Assembly: GCA_036564345.1 (NCBI GenBank)
Contig: DATCOZ010000299.1
Coordinates: forward strand, 1-52,828
Source of the DNA: Candidatus Dormiibacterota bacterium
GTDB lineage: Bacteria; Chloroflexota; Dormibacteria; Dormibacterales; Dormibacteraceae
Direction: 5' to 3'
Length of the DNA stretch: 52,828 nt
Shown piece by piece: positions 44,470 to 51,254 of the stretch. Every line of letters begins with the position of its first letter. Position 1 is the stretch's first letter. The notes under the pieces were generated by a model. The model was not told the DNA's origin and searched no databases. It saw only the letters and a program-made list of their open reading frames with translations. Made by a program: the position numbers and the translations under genes.

Positions 44470-45477
44470 CTAGCCGCGCAGCCCCGCCGTGTGGAGGATC
44501 GCGAACATCACCCAGGCGACCGCCGCCGCGGCCGGGATGGTCACCAGCCAGGCGACAACGATGTTGAGCCCGACGCCCCAGCGCAGCGCCGACAGGCTGC
44601 GCGCCGCGCCCGAGCCCATGACCGAGCCGGTGACCACGTGCGTCGTGCTGACAGGGAGCCCGATCTGCGACGCGACCTGGATGACTGTCGCGCCCGTCAA
44701 CTGGGCGGCGAGGCCGCCGACCGGATCCATCTTGTAGATCCGCCAGCCGAGGGTCCGGATGATCCGCCAGCCGCCTGCGTAGGTGCCGAAGGCGATCGCT
44801 GCGGCCGAGAGGACGACGACCCAGATGGGGACCTCGAACTTCGTGATCTGGCCGCTGGCGACGAGCCCGAGGGTGATCGCAGCCATCGTCTTCTGGGCGT
44901 CGTTCCCACCGTGCGAGAAGGACACGAAAGCGGCCGCCGCGATCTGGAGGAGCCGGAAGGTTCGGTTTACCGGCCCCGGACGCAGGCGGTGGACGGCAAG
45001 GATGATCAGGGTGACCAGGACCGCTGCGATTGCGAAGCCCAGCAGCGGGGAGATGACGAGCGAGGTGATCTGCTTGGTGAAGGACGTCCATTTGACCGCC
45101 GAGAAGCTGCCCACCGACGCCACTCCGGCCCCCACGAGGCCTCCGATGACCGCATGCGTCGAGCTGCTCGGCAGCCCGAAGAACCAGGTGACGAGGTTCC
45201 ACGCGATCGCGCCCAGGAGGGCCGCGATGACGACGACCATCCCGGCCTTGAAGGAGAGCGTGCTGGCGATCGTGTTGGCAACTTTGGAGTGGAGGACGAG
45301 CACCGTGACGAGGGCACCGAGGAGGTTGAAGATGGAGGACACCGCCACCGCCTGGCCGGCGCTCATGGCACGCGTCGAGATCGAGGTCGCGATCGCGTTG
45401 GCGGTGTCGTGAAAGCCGTTCGTGAAGTCGAAGGCCACGGCGACCACGATGGTCGCGACGAGGAGGCCTTCAAGCAT
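44470..45477 (-). CDS. pit: Inorganic phosphate transporter, PiT family
   Basis: ATG at 45477 overlaps the DUF47 stop (ATGCTTGA). NGFHDTANAIATS and HGGNDAQKTM repeats. Confidence 0.9.
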   Translation of the reverse strand: MLEGLLVATIVVAVAFDFTNGFHDTANAIATSISTRAMSAGQAVAVSSIFNLLGALVTVLVLHSKVANTIASTLSFKAGMVVVIAALLGAIAWNLVTWFFGLPSSSTHAVIGGLVGAGVASVGSFSAVKWTSFTKQITSLVISPLLGFAIAAVLVTLIILAVHRLRPGPVNRTFRLLQIAAAAFVSFSHGGNDAQKTMAAITLGLVASGQITKFEVPIWVVVLSAAAIAFGTYAGGWRIIRTLGWRIYKMDPVGGLAAQLTGATVIQVASQIGLPVSTTHVVTGSVMGSGAARSLSALRWGVGLNIVVAWLVTIPAAAAVAWVMFAILHTAGLRG

Positions 45478-46078
45478 TCTTGATCGCCATCGCCTCGAGG
45501 ACATTGGCCGCGGTCTCGCAGCCGTCCATGGTCGCCTCGAGCAGGTCGTAGATGTCCTTCCATTTGACCAGGTGGGCGGCGGTGTGCTCCTCCGTGAAGA
45601 GCGCGGCGAGCGCCTCCCGAGTGAGGAGGTCAGCCTCGTTCTCGAGCCGGTGGATCTCGATCCGCCGCGGCTCCAGCTCCCGGAAGCCCTCGAGGTCCTC
45701 GAGCGCGCGAGCGAGCACATCCCCTGCTTTCGCCAGGTTCTCGCCCATCCTGCGGGCCGCCTCCGAGATCTCCTTGACGTGGTAAAGGTCGATCTTGTCG
45801 GAGACCTCCTCGGCGAGGTCGACGATGTCGTCCAGGGCCGAGGCGAGGGCGAGGATGTCCTCCCGCTCGATCGGCGTGACGAAGGTCTTGTTGACGAGGC
45901 GGTAGATGTCGTGGGCGACGTCGTCGGCCTCGTGCTCGAGATCCCTGAGGCGGGGATGCCGCGACCGGCCCTCGAGCAGGCTCTTGCTCAGCTCGACCAG
46001 GGTGTCGTGGACGAGCGCGCCCTGCTTTGCGAAGAGGTCGTAGAAGCGCCTCTCCTGCGGAACCAGGCTGAATTTCAT
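45470..46078 (-). CDS. DUF47 / PhoU-like PiT accessory protein
   Basis: 202 aa helical protein. FDLFAKQG... is the typical DUF47 start. The gene is translationally coupled to pit. Confidence 0.85.
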   Translation of the reverse strand: MKFSLVPQERRFYDLFAKQGALVHDTLVELSKSLLEGRSRHPRLRDLEHEADDVAHDIYRLVNKTFVTPIEREDILALASALDDIVDLAEEVSDKIDLYHVKEISEAARRMGENLAKAGDVLARALEDLEGFRELEPRRIEIHRLENEADLLTREALAALFTEEHTAAHLVKWKDIYDLLEATMDGCETAANVLEAMAIKNA

Positions 46079-46083
46079 GAAAT

Positions 46084-46115
46084 CACCTCCTCCCTTAAAG
46101 CGTAGGGAGAGGTGG
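46084..46115 (-). promoter_or_regulatory. 5' UTR hairpin sequestering the DUF47-pit Shine-Dalgarno sequence
   Basis: mRNA sense: CCACCUCUCCCU-acgcuuua-AGGGAGGAGGUG-auuuc-AUG. 11 bp with one bulged G; the right arm is the SD. Confidence 0.45.
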
Positions 46116-46156
46116 TTAAGGCGAGGTTAAGCGTTTCCCGGAACTGGGCGTTTGGT

Positions 46157-46786
46157 TCAAGCGGCGGGCGGCGGGAGGAAACCGCTCGGCCAATCGAACG
46201 GCAGGTAGACGAAGTGCTCGCCGGGCGCCACCACGTCGATCGTCTGCAGGTTCACCAGTGGGACGGCGCCCGGCGCACCATGCCATTGCGCACCGTCGAC
46301 GTAGACCGAAACGCCTCCACCGGGGAAGGAAGCCGTACCCAGGTGGTTGGCATCCAGGCGCAGCTTCGCGACCGCAAAGGCGTCGGCCAGCAGGAAGGCG
46401 TGGTCCTGGTAGGCCGCGGGCGCCTCGACATGGACGACGCCCGAGTCGTCGTGGACGTGGATCCAGTACAGGCAGAAGGCGTTGATCCCGGTCTGCGCCG
46501 GGAGGACCTCGCTGCCGCCGTTCCGATGGATGCGCAGCGCGAAGTGGTAATGCGTGGCCAACGACTCCACCGGGGAGCATTGGATTGCGGTCGTGCCGGC
46601 AGTCCCCGAGGCAAAGCGCGTCTTCGTGTCGGTGTTGAAGATCAGGTTCATCAGGAACAGCTGCCCGACGAGGATGAGGAGGCCGAAGACCGCTCCGCCG
46701 CCGAGGGCCAGGCCGACCGTCCGGTTGACAGCAGGGGAGGCGGCTGGGCTGGGCGGCTCCGCCGGCATGCCGTTCCAGTTCGCCAT
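46157..46786 (-). CDS. Hypothetical N-terminally anchored extracytoplasmic protein
   Basis: TM VGLALGGGAVFGLLILVGQLFLM. HYHFALRIHRNGG...CLYWIHVHDDSGVVHVE is a pattern I have seen in uncharacterised actinobacterial and archaeal proteins. Confidence 0.6.
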   Translation of the reverse strand: MANWNGMPAEPPSPAASPAVNRTVGLALGGGAVFGLLILVGQLFLMNLIFNTDTKTRFASGTAGTTAIQCSPVESLATHYHFALRIHRNGGSEVLPAQTGINAFCLYWIHVHDDSGVVHVEAPAAYQDHAFLLADAFAVAKLRLDANHLGTASFPGGGVSVYVDGAQWHGAPGAVPLVNLQTIDVVAPGEHFVYLPFDWPSGFLPPPAA

Positions 46787-46887
46787 GGCGGACGGGACTA
46801 TAGGCCGACGCCTCGTTCGATGACAACGGCGAACCGCCTACTCATCACCGTGACCGGCTCCGCGGTGCACCTCAAAGCGTTCGGCCC

Positions 46888-48567
46888 TCAGGCCAGCAGC
46901 GCTCCCTCACGGGAGAGGATCCGCCGCGCAACGGCGACCGCGCTCGCGTAGGTCGAATCCATTCCCCGGTAGCTGAGGCCTCGCGCGCCGAGCGTTCGGG
47001 CCTGCGTGTAGGGCGTGTCCGACGCATAGTGGACGATGCCGAGGTCGAACCCGAGCCGTGTCATGTTGACGTTCTCGCCCACCGGGTGGCGGCCCGGCAT
47101 CGACGCCTCGTAGCAGGCGTCGAGAAAGGGGCCCGCCTCCATCTCCACCACCGTGTACCGGCCCTGGTAGTAGAACTCGAGGTAGTCGCGGTTCTGCAGG
47201 AAGGTCCCGCGCACCGTCACCGCGCGCTGGTTGTCCAGCGCCGAGCCGTAGACCAGGTGCGGCTGCACGTCCGCCGCGGTGAAGCAGTTCTCCATCCAGT
47301 AGGTGTTGTCGGAGTGTTCGTCGTAGACCGAGTTGCAGATCATCACGTCGCCGACCGAGGCGTTGAGCGTCGCCGCCTTGCCCATGACGTAGACACCGCG
47401 GAGGCTGCCGACCTGCTCGGCAACCTCGCGGAGCAGGTAGTAGGAGGCGAAACCGAGCGGGTAGTCGATGTTGACGATCGCGGCGTCGGACGCCTTCAGC
47501 GCGAGCGGATCGACCTTGCCCACACGAGGGTCGAAGCAGGTCGGGTCAAGCTCGGCGAGCTTGAACACCTGGGCGGAGGACTCGGCCACCCCGGCGCGGG
47601 CCTTGATGTGGCGGATCCCGCCCTCCTTTTCCAGCTTGGTGCGGATCCGGCTGTACTCACCCTTCTTGGCGTGGCTGTCGAACAGCACCCGAGCGGCGAA
47701 ATAGAGCCAGTTGTCGCGTGACGCGGAGATCTCCCCGGCCTCGATGTGGCTGAGCTCGCTGAAGAGCTCTGGGTCGTACTCGCGGATGTACTCGGTGATC
47801 TCGCCTTCCAGCCGGCGGGCCACGCCGGAGAGGACGTTGACCAGGCTGTGCAGGTTGGACGAGACGAAATAGACGGGCGAGCCGTTGAGGCCCATCTCGT
47901 GCATCGCAGTGCCCATCGGCTGCCACCAGCGGTGCGCGCCGCGGGCGTAGCCCACGTCCGTGCTCCCGATCGTCCGCAGGGTCATCTCACAGAGCCTCTC
48001 GCGCACCGCGTCCAGAGTCTCCTGGAAGCCGAACGTCCAGGCCTGCTGGAGGCGGACCCAGTCCTCCTCGGTGGCGCCGATCGCCTCCCGCTCGGCGCCC
48101 TTCGGAACGTGCTGGAGGAGGGTGTGCATCTTGTTCCACTCCAGCTGGTAAGCGACCAGGGTCGGCACCAGGTCGTCGACGTCGGAGGCGGACGCGATCA
48201 GCGCCGCGATGGTCTCGGCCCCGTCGTGGTACCAGCGCCTCCGCCGCGCCGGCGCCTCCACCTTGTGCCAGCTGAGGATGTCCACGTGGAGCTCGGCGCG
48301 GATCGAGCCTGAGCTCTGGCCGAGCACCACCCGGCGGCAGTGCGCGATCGCCGCGGGCAGCCGTCGGGCGGCGTAGATGAGGGCGCCCATGTCGACCTTG
48401 GGCTCCGCCGCGAGCGGGTGGAGCGAGCTCTGCATGCCGATGTGCGCCTGCTGGAGGGCTTCGATCCGGATCTCGCCCGAGCTCTGCAACATCGTCGTGT
48501 AGGTGCGCACGTAGAGCTCGACCGCGTGGCGTCCAGTCGAGCCGGGGCGCAGCGGCGAGCGTTCCAT
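46888..48567 (-). CDS. Large uncharacterised protein with a C-terminal nucleoside-phosphorylase-superfamily (PNP_UDP_1 / AMP-nucleosidase-like) domain
   Basis: The C-terminal ~230 aa (VNIDYPLGFASYYLL...VYVMGKAATL...GDVMI...VVEMEAGPFL...IVHYASDTP) follows the order of PNP/Amn catalytic motifs. The N-terminal ~330 aa is unrecognised. Confidence 0.6.
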   Translation of the reverse strand: MERSPLRPGSTGRHAVELYVRTYTTMLQSSGEIRIEALQQAHIGMQSSLHPLAAEPKVDMGALIYAARRLPAAIAHCRRVVLGQSSGSIRAELHVDILSWHKVEAPARRRRWYHDGAETIAALIASASDVDDLVPTLVAYQLEWNKMHTLLQHVPKGAEREAIGATEEDWVRLQQAWTFGFQETLDAVRERLCEMTLRTIGSTDVGYARGAHRWWQPMGTAMHEMGLNGSPVYFVSSNLHSLVNVLSGVARRLEGEITEYIREYDPELFSELSHIEAGEISASRDNWLYFAARVLFDSHAKKGEYSRIRTKLEKEGGIRHIKARAGVAESSAQVFKLAELDPTCFDPRVGKVDPLALKASDAAIVNIDYPLGFASYYLLREVAEQVGSLRGVYVMGKAATLNASVGDVMICNSVYDEHSDNTYWMENCFTAADVQPHLVYGSALDNQRAVTVRGTFLQNRDYLEFYYQGRYTVVEMEAGPFLDACYEASMPGRHPVGENVNMTRLGFDLGIVHYASDTPYTQARTLGARGLSYRGMDSTYASAVAVARRILSREGALLA

Positions 48568-48675
48568 CCCGGCCAGTCTATGACGGTGTCCGGCGTCGGC
48601 CGACTCGCAGCCTTACAAAAGCTTTACCTGCAAACCGTTCCCTCTCTGACACCGGCAGAGCATCCTGAGCTGGAA

Positions 48676-49356
48676 ATGAGGACCCCACGCTTCCTTCGCA
48701 TCGCAATCCCCGTCGTCGGCGCCCTTCTCGTGGCTGGCGGCGCGATCGCCATCACCGCCTCCGCGGCCGGGCTCAGGGTCGGCTCACCGCTGGCCGCCAG
48801 CGCCACCCCTTCGCCGAAGCCCAGCGCCGGTACCGCGGCCGGCAACGCCGGTGGCAGGGCCGCCGCCTGCCAGGCCTATCTCGGCCACCTGGCGACACAG
48901 CTCGGCGTCAGCCAGGCCAAGCTCGACGCGGCGAGCGCCACCGCGCTCAAGGCCACCATCCAGGACCAGGTCACCAGTGGCAAGCTCACCCAGGCCCAGG
49001 CCGACAAGATCGAGGCCAGGCTGCCCGCGACGGGCCTCTGCTCGGCCGCGGTCAACGGGCTCGGCAGGACCAAGGCGGGAGCCGCGGCAAGCGCCTATCT
49101 CACGGCGGCGGCCGGAGCCCTCGGCATAACCGAGACAGAGCTCAAGCAGGACCTCAAGAACGGCCAGACGCTCTCCCAGGTCGCGGCTGCCAAGAACGTC
49201 ACCGAGGCCGACTTCAAGGCAAAGGTCGTCGCCGCGCTTAAGACCAAGCTCGATGCCGCGGTGAGCGCCAAGACGATCACCCAGGCCCAGGAGGATGCTG
49301 AGCTGGCGAAGCTGCAGGCCGGCGATCCTCCCCTCTGGAACAAGGTCCACAAGTAG
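48676..49356 (+). CDS. Secreted Ala/Lys/Thr-rich helical repeat protein
   Basis: ATG at 48676. Signal-like FLRIAIPVVGALLVAGGAIAITASAAG. Two related modules (YLGHLATQLGVSQAKLD...; YLTAAAGALGITETELK...). Confidence 0.65.
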   Translation: MRTPRFLRIAIPVVGALLVAGGAIAITASAAGLRVGSPLAASATPSPKPSAGTAAGNAGGRAAACQAYLGHLATQLGVSQAKLDAASATALKATIQDQVTSGKLTQAQADKIEARLPATGLCSAAVNGLGRTKAGAAASAYLTAAAGALGITETELKQDLKNGQTLSQVAAAKNVTEADFKAKVVAALKTKLDAAVSAKTITQAQEDAELAKLQAGDPPLWNKVHK

Positions 49357-49458
49357 CCTCTCCTAGCTCCCCCAGCCGGTCAGGACCGCCCTCCTGCCGG
49401 CCCATCCGAAAGGTTCGCCCGCGGGACGGGCCTTTCGCCTTGTGCTGGGTCGACTACG

Positions 49459-49968
49459 ATGCCGCGGATGGCTGACGAGGGTCTGTCGATCGCCCGCTAC
49501 TACAAGGGCTGGGACGTTTACCAGCGGCAGCTGGTCACCGCGTTCGCGCCCCTCGAAAGCGCCCACCTCAAGCTCCAGGCGGCGCCGACCCTGTGGTCGA
49601 TCGGGATGCTCGGCAACCACATCATCGCCACTCGCGCCTGGTGGTTTCACTTCTGGATGAAGGAGGGCAGCGACGAGCTCGCCGACTTTGCCGAGTGGGA
49701 TGAGGGCGAAGCGATGGCCGAGCGCTCGGCCGCCGAGATCGTCCGCGGCCTCGAGGCGACCTGGGGCCTGATCGCCTCGCGGCTCGCGGCCTGGACCGCG
49801 GCCGACCTCGCCAAGCAGTTCCAGCGACCCGTCCCGAACGACGCCGGCAAGCGGCCCAAGCGGTCGCGGCAGTGGATCATCTGGCACGTGCTCGAGCACG
49901 ACCTGCACCACGGCGGAGAGGTCTCCTTGAGCCTGGGCATGCACGGCCTGGCTGGGATCGACCTCTAG
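49459..49968 (+). CDS. DinB-family protein
   Basis: GNHIIATRAWW...WIIWHVLEHDLHHGGEVSLSLG (His triad pattern). An alternative ATG lies at 49468. Confidence 0.8.
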   Translation: MPRMADEGLSIARYYKGWDVYQRQLVTAFAPLESAHLKLQAAPTLWSIGMLGNHIIATRAWWFHFWMKEGSDELADFAEWDEGEAMAERSAAEIVRGLEATWGLIASRLAAWTAADLAKQFQRPVPNDAGKRPKRSRQWIIWHVLEHDLHHGGEVSLSLGMHGLAGIDL

Positions 49969-49972
49969 TACG

Positions 49973-50083
49973 GGCAAAGGGGGGCAGGCCCCCCTTTCCG
50001 AAATCCCCCCTCTCGGCGCGACGCATTGCGTCGATTCAAAAACAACTCAATCGGCCGGGATAAACCCGGCCTACGCGCCACGC
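49973..50083 (-). repeat. REP-like intergenic element, copy 2 (inverted orientation)
   Basis: The reverse complement reads CGTGGCGCGTAGGCCGGGTTTATCCCGGCCGATTGAGTTGT...GAGAGGGGGGATTTCGG-AAAGGGGGG-CCTG-CCCCCCTTT. Sits between convergent genes. Confidence 0.7.
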
Positions 50084-50089
50084 TGGGAC

Positions 50090-50110
50090 AAAAAGGGGCA
50101 GGCGCCCTTT
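50090..50110 (-). terminator. Intrinsic terminator of the 125-aa gene
   Basis: Minus sense: AAAGGGC-GCCU-GCCCCUUUUU, directly after the TAG stop. Confidence 0.5.
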
Positions 50111-50113
50111 GGG

Positions 50114-50491
50114 CTAAGAGTCTTCGGTGGTGGGTCCGCCGCCGATCCGCTTCATGAGCTCCTCGAGCAGGCGCCTCGTCTCCGGGTCGTTCATCACCTG
50201 CTCCTGCATCGCCTCGGCAGCTCGCCGGATCTCGGGGTCGTTCATCAGCCGCTCGGCCATGCCCTCGAACTGACCCGCCATGTCCTTCATAGCCGCCTCC
50301 TGGGCGACCTGGATGAGGATCGGCTGGGACGCGGCTGCCACGACCGCCTGGGCCTGCTGGCGGACCATCTCGATCCCCTTGCAGCCGAGGCACTCGCCCT
50401 TCATGCCGCAGTGGCAGAGCTGGCGGCGCAGCTTGTCGAGGCTGATGTGAAGCTCGGAGAGGTCGACGCCCCCGCTGCCCGTCATTTCCAT
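50114..50491 (-). CDS. Hypothetical Cys-cluster protein with NDPE(I/T)RR repeats
   Basis: LCHCGMKGECLGCKG cluster. MNDPEIRRAAEAMQEQVMNDPETRRLLEELM. No family recognised. Confidence 0.6.
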   Translation of the reverse strand: MEMTGSGGVDLSELHISLDKLRRQLCHCGMKGECLGCKGIEMVRQQAQAVVAAASQPILIQVAQEAAMKDMAGQFEGMAERLMNDPEIRRAAEAMQEQVMNDPETRRLLEELMKRIGGGPTTEDS

Positions 50492-50557
50492 CCCGAAACT
50501 AACTGTCTCCAGCCGCGAGCCCTTTCAAACGGGGCCTCGGACTTGCACTCAATGCGT

Positions 50558-50670
50558 GGCGCGTAGGCCGGGTTTATCCCGGCCGTTTGAGTTGTCCTGA
50601 ATGCCGACCAGCGTGGCGCGGAGGGGGGAGTTCCGGAAGAGGGGGCCTGCCCCCTCTTGCTCATTTCACT
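50558..50670 (+). repeat. REP-like intergenic element, copy 3
   Basis: GGCGCGTAGGCCGGGTTTATCCCGGCCGTTTGAGTTGT...GCGCGGAGGGGGGAGTTCCGG-AAGAGGGGG-CCTG-CCCCCTCTT. Confidence 0.7.
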
Positions 50671-50725
50671 GCGCGGAGGGGGGAGTTCTGGAAGAGGGGG
50701 CCTGCCCCCTCTTCCTCATTTCACC
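50616..50725 (+). repeat. Tandem direct duplication, 2 x 55 bp (52/55 identical)
   Basis: Units 50616-50670 and 50671-50725 were compared base by base. Each carries the G-tract and the palindromic hairpin and ends in TCATTTCAC. Confidence 0.85.
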
Positions 50726-51180
50726 AACTTGATCGTCAGGTGGAGGGTGCCCTGGGGCACGTTCACGGTCACCTTGTCGCCCTTCTTCTTGCCCACGATC
50801 GCGCGCCCGACCGGCGAGTCCACCGAGATGCGCCCTTCGCCGGGGTCGCTCTCCACCGCGCCGACCAGGTGATAGGTCTCGGAGTGACCATCCTCGTCGA
50901 GCACCTCCACCGTGGACCCCGGCTCGGCGACGTTCGAGTGGTGCTCGTGGATGATCTCGGCGCGGCCGATCATCTCGTCCAGCTCGTAGATGCGGCCGTC
51001 GATCAGGCCGACCTCTTCCTTGGCCTGCTCGTACTCCGGGTTGTCCTCGATATCGCCAGGCTGGAACGCTTCCTTGAGCCGGTCGGCCGCCTCCACGCGC
51101 CGGGCGCGCTGGACCTCGAGCTCGGCTTTCAGCCGCTCGAGCCCCTCGGGTGTCAGAAGTACAGGTTCGGTCAGGTCCAT
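50716..51180 (-). CDS. greA: Transcription elongation factor GreA
   Basis: 154 aa. LTPEGLERLKAELE...EDNPEYEQAKEEV...PVGRAIVGKKKGDKVTV. Confidence 0.95.
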   Translation of the reverse strand: MDLTEPVLLTPEGLERLKAELEVQRARRVEAADRLKEAFQPGDIEDNPEYEQAKEEVGLIDGRIYELDEMIGRAEIIHEHHSNVAEPGSTVEVLDEDGHSETYHLVGAVESDPGEGRISVDSPVGRAIVGKKKGDKVTVNVPQGTLHLTIKLVK

Positions 51181-51254
51181 GGTTGAAGAAATAGCCCCCA
51201 GCGAGCCTCGTGGTTTCGAGGCGACAAGGAATGATACCCCTCGCCCGGTGCCGA

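Noticed and set aside
50616-50725. Two direct 55-bp repeats could be mistaken for a mini CRISPR array.
   Set aside because: The units are directly adjacent with no spacer, there are only two copies, no cas genes are present, and unit 2 overlaps the greA stop.
51205-51222. Hairpin GCCTCG-TGGTTT-CGAGGC in the greA leader, and GGATCCAACCAC at about 22565. Both share GTGGTT/AACCAC with repeats R1/R2.
   Set aside because: The shared core is only 6-9 nt, which is compatible with chance in 53 kb.
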